Assembly (NCBI RefSeq): GCF_000143415.4
Contig: NW_003314609.1
Location: 1 to 9,405 of the forward strand
DNA length: 9,405 bases
Reading direction: 5' to 3'
Source of the DNA: Selaginella moellendorffii
Taxonomy: Eukaryota > Plantae > Lycopodiophyta
The position numbers and the translations under genes are program-made. How positions within the stretch are numbered: the first letter of the stretch is position 1; each line of letters begins with the position of its first letter. Below, in pieces: positions 1 to 8,447 of the stretch. The notes beneath the pieces were generated by a model that had not been told where the DNA came from, did no database searches, and worked only from the letters and a program-made list of their open reading frames with translations.

Positions 1-38
1 AAAAAGGAGGGGGCCGGGGGGGGGGGGTAGACGGCAGG

Positions 39-3000
39 TCAGCTGTCTGGAGCAAACCGTGGGCTACCGATGAAAGAACGAGTGGAATGAGGATGTGAAC
101 GAGAATGAAGAGGAGGATGAGATGAGCGGCGAGGGATGGGAGATGGAGAAAAAGAATGAGGACTGGGACGAGAAGGATAGCGGCGGTGGAAGTCCTGAAC
201 AAGGTCAGGAGAATGAATCAGGTTGTCCGCAGGTTCCCAAGTGCGTTCCTCAGGTCCGTAACCCTTCCAGTCCACCAGATAGTAGAGTTTAGACCGTGAA
301 ATCTTGGAATCAAGGATGTCCTGAACCTCGTACTCAGACCCATCCTCGAGCTGCACTGGTGGAGGCGGAGGAATGACCCGATTTGGAATAGGACTGGGAA
401 TATAAGGCTCAAGGAGAGAGGAGTGAAAAACGGGGTGAATTTGATATGAGGAGGGAAGTGCAAGGCGATAAGTCACAGGATTAATGATGGCAGTGATAGG
501 GAAAGGACCAAGGCGTTTGAAATCGAGTTTTGGACAGGGCCTGGTGGTGGAGATATTTCGCCTAAGGAGCCAGACTTTATCCCCGATATTGTAAGGGGGA
601 CAATCCTGACGATGGACATTGGCAAATGTTTTATGAGATTCCTGAGCACGATGGAGGTGGAAGGAGATGGAGTTGTGGATTTCCTGGAGGTTGGAGATAA
701 ATGCCTCAGAACGGGGATTTGAACGAGAGGATTCAGATGGAGAAGGAAGTGAGAGATTGAATCGGGGATTTCGGCCAGAGTTCGCAAAGAAGGGGGAAAC
801 TCGAAGAGAGGAGTGAACAGAGTTATTATAGGAGAACTCAGCAAGGGGAAGGATATCAAACTAGTTATCCTGATGATAGTTAATGAAGCACCTCAAAAAT
901 TGTTCCAACGTCTGAATCGTTCGCTCGGACTGCCCATCAGTTTGAGGATGATATGCCGAAGAGAGGTTGGCCTTCACTCCAAGCAGCTGCAAAAACCGTT
1001 GCCAGAAATGAGAGATGAACTGAGGCCCCCGATCCGAAACCACATCTGTAGGAATCCCATGAAGTCGGAAAATTTCCCTGAATACCAGTTTCGCCATGTT
1101 CTCGCCCGAAAATTCCTTGGTACATGGCAAGAAGTGCGCCATCTTTGTGAAGCGATCCACCACGACTAAAATGCTGTTGAAGCCTCCAGAACTCGAAAGA
1201 TCACTCAAGAAATCCATGGAGATGGATTCCCAAGGACCTGAAGGGACCGGAAGGGAACGAAGCAAACCTGAAGGAAGGTGGCGAGGTACCTTATTCCGGG
1301 CACATGTGTCACAGGAGGTAACAAAAGCTTTGATGTAGTCGTCCATGTGAGGCCACCAAAAGTCCCGTGCAACTAGCTCATAGGTTTTCGCAATGCCGAA
1401 GTGACCAGCAGTCGGGCTATCATGGCACGCCATCAGGACCAACCTTCGAGCATCACCTTCAGGAACGTAAAGCTGCTCCCCACGGTACAATAAGCCATCT
1501 AAGAACTCGAACTCGTCAAATCGCCGGCAGTCGGGAGTCACTGGGTGTCCAGCCTGAAGATGGGGGAAGATGTCGCTAGCGAGATCATCGGATTGAAGAT
1601 CGTTTCTGATTGCATCCATCAAGGAGGAGTCCTGAGGGGCCAGGGAAATTGCCATAACTTGAAGCCGATCAGGACCGAGGATAACTTGATCCTGTTGATC
1701 GAAGGCAGGATTACCAGGCCTGAGACTGAGATAGGAGCGCCTTGAAAGAGCATCAGGAAGGCCTTGAAACTTTCCAGGTCTGTACTTGATAACAAAGTCA
1801 AACCGACTCAGGAATTGTGCCCACCTTGCTTGACGACGGCTTAAAACTCGGGAAGTGGCAAAGTACTCGAGATTTTTGTGATCCGTCCAGACTATTGTTT
1901 GATGGCTCGCCCCCTCCAAGAAATGGCGCCACTCTCCAAAGGAATCCACGATAGCAAGGAGCTCCTTGTCGTGGATTTCGTAATTGATCTCAGCAGGCTG
2001 GAATTTCCGAGAATGGAAAGCGACCGGATGAAGTTCGTGATCCGCTCCGAGTTGAGACAGCACAGCACCAATGGCAAAGACGGAGGCGTCAGCCTCGATG
2101 AAGAAAGGTTGTGAGGAATCAGCATGGATCAAGACAGGAGCAGAACTGAAGGCCGCCTTGAGTGTGTCGAAGGCCTGGTGGGCAGCAGCAGACCAAGAGA
2201 AGGGAACATCCTTGCGAGTGAGATGTGTGAGAGGAAGGACAATGTCAGAGTAGTGATCAATGAATTTGCGGTAGAAGTTGGCGAAGCCAAGGAAAACCTG
2301 AACGTCCAACATTGATTGTAGAGGCTCCCATTTGAGAATAGTCTTGACTTTGGCAGGATCCATCGTGATACCCTCAGGAGTGACAATGTACCCAAGGAAC
2401 TCCACAGACTGCTGATCAAAGGAACATTTCTCAAGCTTCGCGTATAGGCCGTGTTCTCGCAGCTTCGCTAGCACCTCGTCATGCTCCTCCTGAGTTTTTT
2501 AGTAGATGAGGATGTCATCGAGGTAGACGATCACCATCTGATCAAGAAACTCCCGAAAGACGTCGTTAGCCATGTGTTGGAAAACTGCTGGAGCATTTGT
2601 CAAGCCAAATGGCATGACAGTGTACTCGAAGTGGCCATAGCGGGTTTGGAACGCAGTCTTCCATTCATCACCAGGCCGGATCCAGATCAGGTTGTATGCT
2701 CCACGGAGGTCGATCTTGGTGAAGAAGCGGGCACCGCCGAGGCGTTCCAACAGGTCCGAGATCAGGGGCAGCGGATAACGGTTCCGAACAGTCACCTTGT
2801 TCAAACCTCGATAGTCAATAACTAGCCGCAAGCTCCCATCCTTCTTCTTGACAAAGAAGACAGGCGCTCTAGCCGGGAACTGCGAATGCTGAATGTAGCC
2901 CGAGGCAAGGTTCTCATCCACATACTCTTTGAGGGCCTTAAGCTCGGACGGGGATAACCCGTAGATAGGCCCCCACGGAGGTGACGCTCCTTCCTGTAAA

Positions 3001-3812
3001 TCAATGGGACAATCATAAGGCCGATGAACAGGCAGTACACTAGCTTTTTTCTTGTCAAACACATCCCCAAAATCATGATACTTCTCAGGAAGACTGACAG
3101 GAGAAACATGCAAAGCAAAAAGAAAAAGAGGTTCTTCATGAAGGAGTTCTTTCATAGTGATTGTGGAGATAGGAGGAGGTGTATGACTAAATGGAATGAT
3201 GAGACGAGGATACGGTCTAGTGTAAGATGGAAGAGAGGAAAAAGAAGAGGGTGAAAACTTTATAGAGTCAGGAACAGAACCCCGATTTGAGTTTAGGGAA
3301 CTTTTCCTGATTCGGACTCGATGAACAGCAGGGGAAGCCATGGGAGAGATGAGCTGTAATTCCTTCCAACAGATCTGAGGCTGATGTAGTTGGAACCATG
3401 GAAGACCGAGCACCACAGAGGAGGACTTGCTGTTGATGATGTTGAAGGCGATATCGGTGACGGTGGACCCGATGTGTACTCGAACAAGCAACGTTTCCCT
3501 AAGTCCAGAAGATGGAGACACAAAATGCCCGCCGATGCCTTCAACCCTCAAATCCCGTATGGTAGGAGAAAGAGGAACGTGATGTCGAGCAGCAAAGTCC
3601 GTGTCCATGAAGCAGGAAGTTGCACCCGAGTCCAGTAACGCTAGAGCCTTGAGTCCTGATTGTCCGGTGAAAAAAAGGAGACATGGGACACGGAAGTTGC
3701 GGGAATTGGTGGTGGCTTTGATGAAAGGTGGTGAGGAGCTTGATAAAGAAGAAAAGTGATTTTTATTCGGGGAGTCCAAACAAACAGCTCCTACTCTGTT
3801 TGGACAGGGTCG
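39..3812 (-). pseudogene. pol: Retrotransposon pol polyprotein: aspartic protease, reverse transcriptase, RNase H, integrase, chromodomain
   Basis: ORFs 2499-3779, 861-2474 and 39-476 plus the intervening sequence form one frame broken by TAA (2501-2499) and TAG (863-861). Protease: LLDSGAT (Asp at 3632-3630). RT: [24 protein letters not shown] (2525-2514). RNase H: EADAS, ELLAI, TDHKNL, DALSR (~2105-1740). Integrase: HHCC (CHD..GH..CDTC), D-D-E (SMDF, SDRG, QSER) and GPF motif (~510). Confidence 0.96.
180..335 (-). other. Chromodomain at the integrase C-terminus (classical/group I type)
   Basis: EYEVQDILDSKISRSKLYYLVDWKGYGPEERTWEPADNL...LVQDFH; the aromatic cage residues Y, W and Y are retained. 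Confidence 0.92.
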
Positions 3813-3818
3813 TTTCCC
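3734..3818 (-). promoter_or_regulatory. Programmed -1 ribosomal frameshift signal between gag and pol
   Basis: G_GGA_AAC at 3818->3812 is in the gag frame, followed by a 6-nt spacer and the stem GTCCAAACA (3805-3797)/TGTTTGGAC (3782-3774). A -1 slip enters the frame of ORF 2499-3779 with no intervening stop. Confidence 0.85.
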
Positions 3819-4762
3819 GACTGCAATAGAGGTGGACTTTGAGGCAGAGTGAACTCGAGCAGTCGAGGAGGCTTCTTGGGACTTACAGCTGCTTTGTGAT
3901 TAGGATCAGAACACTAGAGGCAAAGATTATGAGATATTCAAGGTTGCTTCTCAGCAGGACTCAACTTCCCTCTAATGAGTCGGGGAGTACCAGAAATATC
4001 CATTGGAACCGGAGTAGTAGGTTCAAGAGTATGGCCCGAAGACTCAAGCTGGGATTCCTGAGTCTGGGACGGAAAAACAGCGGCGCGGCAACTTTCCTGA
4101 CGACGTTCAAAGAGATGATTGTCACATCTAACAGCTTTGTTGATGGCATCCGACAGGTCCTTGGGATCCTCCATGGTGAGCAACAAATCCTTGACACAGT
4201 TGTTGAGGCCGAAACGAAATTGGTCAATCAGGGCCCGCTCATCCCACTAAGTGTCCAAAGCAAGGAGTTGGAACTCTGCAGCGTAGATCGAAGCAGGACG
4301 AGACCCCTGAGAGAGACGTCTCATCTTTGTGGTAGCAGCCCGAACCCGATCCGTCTTGCCAAAACATGCTTCGAGCTTCTCTTTGAACAATTGAAGACCC
4401 ATCAGCTCTGGAACCACGACCCCTTTCACGCTCTTCTCCAGAAAAGGAGGAAACCATGACAAAGCTGCACCTTCGAGCAACGTCCCAATCGCGCCGATTT
4501 GAGACTCGGGAGTAGGGTACCGCCGATGTTGAAGTGCGAAGATCAACTCCATCTGGTTCAGGAATCCGCGAAGCTCCGAACGCTTGCCTGAAAATTTTGC
4601 CGGGAAGCTCACCTTCGGTTCAGGAACTTTGCTGGATCCTTGAGCCGAAAGTGAAGCAAGCTCCTGCTGCATGCGAAGAAGGGTCGCCTTCAGCTCGGTA
4701 TTCTCAGACTGGATTTTTGCAAGGACTTCAGCAAAGAAATCAAGATGGCTTGGAGACTCCAT
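3791..4762 (-). pseudogene. gag: Retrotransposon gag (capsid-like region plus degenerate zinc knuckle)
   Basis: ATG at 4762 (MESPSH...). ORFs 4247-4813 and 3938-4186 share one frame. Motifs include PAKFSG..LRGFL, LSQGSRPASIYAAEF and DQFRFGL..VKD. Premature stops fall at 4247-4249, 3938-3940 and 3914-3916. The knuckle reads [13 protein letters not shown], a decayed CX2CX4HX4C. The natural stop is TAG at 3793-3791. Confidence 0.9.
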
Positions 4763-4844
4763 TGGCAAGAAGAAAGAAAAAAGGGGGAAAAAAAGGCAAA
4801 GGTAATCAAACAATCAAAACGAGCTAAATCAAAAAACGAAAAAG

Positions 4845-4859
4845 CACAATCTGAATCAA
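4845..4859 (-). promoter_or_regulatory. Primer-binding site, self-priming type (TTGATTCAGATTGTG)
   Basis: Lies 2 nt after the LTR end and lacks the TGG expected for pairing to tRNA CCA. It is complementary (14 Watson-Crick pairs plus 1 G:U) to CACAATTTGAATCAA at 4966->4952 within the LTR. Confidence 0.8.
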
Positions 4860-4988
4860 ACTGTCAAGACCTCTGACAAGATCAAGACTGGAAAATGCAA
4901 AAAGACAAAGAGAAAAGCTAGTGGAAACAAAGAAGAAACCTTAGACTGGTGTTGATTCAAATTGTGGAGAAATGGAACAAGGCTAACC

Positions 4989-4996
4989 TATATATA
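4989..4996 (-). promoter_or_regulatory. LTR TATA box (TATATATA); predicted TSS ~4966-4965
   Basis: TATATATAGG on the element's sense strand, with a pyrimidine-flanked CA initiator-like site (TCTCCACAATT) 30-31 nt downstream. Confidence 0.7.
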
Positions 4997-5106
4997 CTAT
5001 AGGTTGATGAAGCTCCACCACTCTTGGATCGAGGACAGCCTAAATATAGCTGAGGTCGAGGAGGCGCCACATCATCATCAGGAATGTGGCCTGAGACTCA
5101 TGAATC

Positions 5107-5184
5107 GGGAAGTGTCTCGAGAGTCAGGAATAGGGAAGTGTCTCGAGAGTCAGGAATAGGAAAGTGTCTCGAGAGTCAGGAATG
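5107..5184. repeat. 3 x 26-bp tandem repeat in LTR U3 (GGGAAGTGTCTCGAGAGTCAGGAATA)
   Basis: 5107-5132 and 5133-5158 are identical; 5159-5184 has 2 differences. Further TCAGGAAT cores occur at 5078, 5196 and 5214. Confidence 0.95.
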
Positions 5185-5289
5185 TGGTCTGCAGGTCAGG
5201 AATCCAGCGAGAGTCAGGAATGTGGCAAGAATTGGGGGATTCCTGACAATATACAAGAGCGAGTGGTCTAGATTGAAATCAATCTAACA

Positions 5290-6037
5290 GTTACCAAAAT
5301 CTTACTACACTAATATTATTATACAGCATCATAGCCTTACACTTGGCCCTCACAAAAAATATTTAATATTAAATTTTAACTTAATAACAATATATACAAG
5401 AATTATATTTATATATCTAATATTGAATGTATATATATAATTTTTTTTAATAAACTCTTTCTCAATTTAAGATATGCATAATATAAAAAACTAAAAAATA
5501 ATCTTGAATGCTTATATTATTAAATGTTTATATTGTTGTGATAACATTTATGATATTGTTAGCATATTTGAGTGGTTTTTTTGACTGTAGAATGAGGAGT
5601 TATTACCTATCTTTGTAATGTTATAACACAATATATGTTTTCAGTGTTTATGAAATTTCACTAAAGAGTAAAAATTGATATATTCTTACTACTTTTTCTA
5701 AATGCCACACCATTAAAACTTCATTGGAGTACCTAAATAAAATTTTATAAACTTTAAATTTATTGTATAAAATAAATAAATTTATGATATAATTGTTATG
5801 TTTACAATTATCTAAAGCAAAAATAAATTATAAATTCAAATATATATATATAAGTTCCTTTTGAAATGAATATAATAGTTAATCCTTGTTCTAACTTTTT
5901 AAATTAATTCTAAACTAAAATAAAAAATGAGTAAATATATAGAGTTTCTAGTTTAACAACTACAACAAAGTCATTTGTCTTAGAAGATAATTGCAATGAC
6001 ATTGTTGTAAACGACAAAGTCAAACTACTTGTTAAAT
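5290..6037. other. Very AT-rich non-coding spacer
   Basis: A/T runs and (TA)n stretches, with no ORF of 60 aa or more in the ORF track. Confidence 0.8.
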
Positions 6038-6142
6038 NNNNNNNNNNNNNNNNNNNNNNNNNNNNNNNNNNNNNNNNNNNNNNNNNNNNNNNNNNNNNNN
6101 NNNNNNNNNNNNNNNNNNNNNNNNNNNNNNNNNNNNNNNNNN
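6038..6142. other. Assembly gap (105 N)
   Basis: Run of N characters. Confidence 1.
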
Positions 6143-6670
6143 TACTTGATTAAGGCTTACACCATCTAGAGGTGCCAGCTAGATTCAAAAATAATATTTG
6201 TCTCACCCTTCAATAGGACAATGTATTCAATAATTTTGAATGTCAAGAAATTGAGTAAATTTTGTTCAATTGGTAGACTTGCCTACACCAGTACCCATTG
6301 TGGAGTCACCAATGCAAAATTCTATGAGGCTAAAGGTGTTGGTTCTATTCTCATTGAGCTTAACAAATGGCACTATACACATGTCCCAGAAATGCAAGAA
6401 AATTTGTTATCTATGAAAAGCCTTTTTTATACTACTCTTCAATTTCCAGAGATCAACACAGTATTACTTTTTATTTTGATGTGGTCAAGGTGATGCACAG
6501 TACCTATTTACAAGTTTGATGCTATTTTAGTGCCTCTCCTTGTCAAAGAATCTAAGATGCACTGGTTCTAGCATAAAAAATATGGAAGTAGAAATGTCGC
6601 ATACACTTTGGGATTGCTTGCTGATCCTCTATCCCACCTCTTATTGGTTATGGACAAGATCAGGCTTTTT
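6143..6670 (+). pseudogene. Highly degenerate Ty1/Copia-like pol fragment (protease to GAG-pre-integrase region)
   Basis: One frame read through stops gives CQLDSK (cf. WxLDSG), VTNAKFYEAKGVGSILI (cf. VaNG...A.G.G.i), THVPEMQENLLSMKSL (cf. hVP.l..NLLSv..L), IYKF (cf. LY.L) and F*HKKYGSRN (cf. LWH.RlGH.N), in Copia order. Confidence 0.6.
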
Positions 6671-6919
6671 TCACATTAAAGCCTTCCTTTCTTAATAATG
6701 TTATGAAAGATCAGTAGTCCAGTGGTGCCTTGGTTCGAGCTATGCAAAAGAATATTTGTGATAGTTACTCATTTTATACCCTAGATAGCAATTGAAAGTT
6801 CGTGGCATTTGGTGCGGTGACAACTGGGACGCTTCCAGACAGAACAGAAAGTGGTAGTTCTGCACCATCAAGCTCCTGCTGCTCTCACTAGCAATAATCA
6901 AGAGGCACGAGAGATTTAG

Positions 6920-7345
6920 TTCTCCTGTGGCAGATCAATGCGGGGGTGATCCTAGGGAACTGTAATCACCCCTTTGGCGCTTGTCAAAAGCCTCGACCAC
7001 GCTCTTGCTGAGAAAGTGTTAAAGCTGACAGTGAGGGTGGCGTCCTCCTTCGCATAAACCTTTCATGTAGACACCATGGAAGTCTGGCTAGTAAATATCC
7101 TTGATGCGTCTCAAGAATCGGGGTGACTTTTGGGTGCTAAAATCGGGAGGAGTATCAAGCTCGGGCAGGACGGCAGTCTCTCCGAGAAAAAGCGGGCTTG
7201 TTTGATTCCCCCAAACCCACCAGGCACATGGAGAACTTCGTCCACTTGAGCTGCCTGAGGATGGAATTGCCTGTTCGTGACAGGAATGGATGGTGAATGT
7301 GTGGCGTCGATGCTCCAAGCACAGCCCTGAACCTGGAAAGATCAC
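6920..7345 (-). pseudogene. Unidentified coding-like sequence, copy B (stops and a frameshift)
   Basis: FLRRIKDIY*PDFHG ... AWSRLLTSAKGVITVP*DHPRIDLP aligns with copy A LLERIQAQIYLP..THG..QWSRLLRGKIEPYPPFALSFVDLP. There is a 17-bp exact match (6984-7000 = 8860-8876). Confidence 0.35.
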
Positions 7346-7719
7346 ACCGAAAGCTTACAAAGTCTACTTCTCTGGAAGTTCATACCTCTCAACCTTGGTC
7401 CCTGAAAACGTATCCCGCCGCCAGGGCGCCAAACACAAGGTCAGCGTCGAGAAAGCTACACTGCGAGGAGGAGGAGGAGCGACAGGAGGAGCGCCTGCGA
7501 TCGATCATGTCTTGTCAATGGAATCAGACGAGACAAGAGAATCAGCTGCCAGGGCTGGAGCCGCCGCTGCGCCGATAGGCCAGGAAATGGATTATCACAG
7601 CCGCCGCAGTCTCCAGCTTGCCCACGTCAATCTGCGCAAGGCTGAGGTGCTCCAGCGTCGCGATGCCAGAGCATCCGCATTGATGATCGACGATGATTCA
7701 GTATTTGGTATTTACAAAT

Positions 7720-7791
7720 ATCGGGAAGAGAATCGAACCCGAAACGTTTGTTTTGGGAGACCGATGTCCTAAATGACTGGTCTAAGCTGTT
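7720..7791 (-). other. Degenerate tRNA-like unit 2
   Basis: TAGACCAGTCATTTAGGAC (D-arm-like, GACC/GGAC with 3 of 4 pairs) from 7784, a CTCCCAA anticodon-loop-like segment, and GGGTTCGATTC at 7740->7730, all at tRNA spacing. No acceptor stem. Confidence 0.4.
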
Positions 7792-7859
7792 TTTGTGAGC
7801 CGGCGAACCAGAATAATGGCTCCTTATTTAGGAAAATTTTTGCATAAAAGTCCTTGTTG

Positions 7860-7933
7860 AGTGGACCCTTCGGCATCGAACCCGGGTCTTCTACAACGGT
7901 TTACCTCTACACTTACCTGATAGCCATCATCTC
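7860..7933 (-). other. Degenerate tRNA-like unit 1 (tRNA pseudogene or SINE head)
   Basis: A-box-like TGGCTATCAGG (7926->7916) and B-box GGTTCGATGCC (7882->7872) are 33 nt apart. AGACCCGGGTTCGAT resembles a tRNA-Gly/Glu variable loop and T arm. The acceptor and anticodon stems do not pair. Confidence 0.5.
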
Positions 7934-8108
7934 GGCAACCGGGTTCCCGTAATAATAAAATCATACCATGTACTTGAACCATATGACAGGGGTCTTTGCG
8001 AAATCCATGGCGTTTTTGTTAGATCGCCCACCAGACGAGATTATTCCCCGCATTCGTGCTGCTCGGCGTTTCGTCCTTGGCAAAGCCCCCTCTTGGGTTC
8101 TGAATCGA

Positions 8109-8447
8109 TCATCGTGGTAATGGATCGTCAAGAGTTATGGCCTGGGTTGCAATAGAAACTCGCAGAGCAATCTCCACAGCCGCAGGAGCTTTGCGATCTT
8201 CTGCTGGTGTGAATCTCATCAGTCCCAAAACTCCACGTTTCGGCAATCCAACGAAACCTGTAGCGTGTGGCCATTCAAACGAGCATACCTCGGTATCATC
8301 CTCGGCTGCCTCGATGCCTGGAGAGTAACAGTCCCGGGAAGAACCATCATTTGCCCGAAACGAAATCACGATGGATCCCCTTGCATTCCCGCTGCCAGCC
8401 AAGTACCAGCTTGTGTAGAACTGAGCCCGAGCCGGAGACCAATCCAC
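8109..8447 (-). CDS. Hypothetical ORF, possibly a downstream exon or frameshifted continuation of 8366-9028
   Basis: A 112-aa ORF with a GTG start, on the same strand as and overlapping the end of copy A, with protein-like composition. No recognisable motif. Confidence 0.2.
   Translation of the reverse strand: MDWSPARAQFYTSWYLAGSGNARGSIVISFRANDGSSRDCYSPGIEAAEDDTEVCSFEWPHATGFVGLPKRGVLGLMRFTPAEDRKAPAAVEIALRVSIATQAITLDDPLPR

Larger units (their letters stand above)
1..5248 (-). mobile_element. Ty3/Gypsy LTR retrotransposon, chromovirus (Tcn1/Tf1-sushi-like); defective copy whose 3' end runs off the window
   Basis: Minus-strand order is LTR, PBS, gag with CCHC remnant, protease, RT, RNase H, integrase, chromodomain. 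RT-RH-IN order is diagnostic of Ty3/Gypsy and a C-terminal chromodomain of chromoviruses. The finer clade call is inference from the chromodomain type, separate gag/pol frames and non-tRNA PBS. Confidence 0.96.
4862..5248 (-). repeat. 5' LTR (387 bp)
   Basis: On the minus strand it begins TGTCAGGAAT (5248) and ends GGTCTTGACA (4862), giving TG...CA ends with a TGTCA/TGACA terminal inverted repeat. It contains a TATA box and U3 tandem repeats, is followed 2 nt later by the PBS, and AT-rich flank starts shortly beyond 5248. The partner LTR is not in the window to confirm the boundaries. Confidence 0.85.

Noticed and set aside
1-28. Purine/G run as the polypurine tract
   Set aside because: It is purine-rich on the + strand but the element is on the - strand, so it reads as pyrimidines in the sense RNA. 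The true PPT and 3' LTR should lie beyond position 1.
4247-4249. Programmed stop read-through within gag
   Set aside because: The stop lies mid-capsid region and the element has four other nonsense mutations, so simple decay explains it.
3839-4459. 206-aa plus-strand ORF, and other + ORFs within 95-4827
   Set aside because: These are antisense shadows of gag/pol with no recognisable motifs.
4763-4813. Gag N-terminal extension MFDYLCLFFPLFSFFLP
   Set aside because: It begins at a non-ATG codon in the T-rich leader; the first in-frame ATG is at 4762.
5078-5226. CRISPR-like array
   Set aside because: The repeats are head-to-tail without unique spacers, lie inside an LTR, and no cas genes are present.
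5249-5253. Target-site duplication (ATATA)
   Set aside because: It cannot be verified because the other end of the element is outside the window.
5269-5286. Inverted repeat TAGATTGA-aa-TCAATCTA near the insertion site
   Set aside because: Short and isolated, with no evidence of function or of being a transposon end.
4962-5287. Short ORFs with repeated peptides (REVSRESGIGKCLESQE)
   Set aside because: These are translations of the 26-bp LTR tandem repeat.
7290-7772. 160-aa plus-strand ORF as a gene
   Set aside because: No recognisable domain and low-complexity Gly/Ala stretches; it overlaps the tRNA-like unit, and nearby coding evidence favours the minus strand.
7720-7933. Functional tRNA genes
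   Set aside because: The acceptor and anticodon stems do not pair, so they are kept only as degenerate tRNA-like units.
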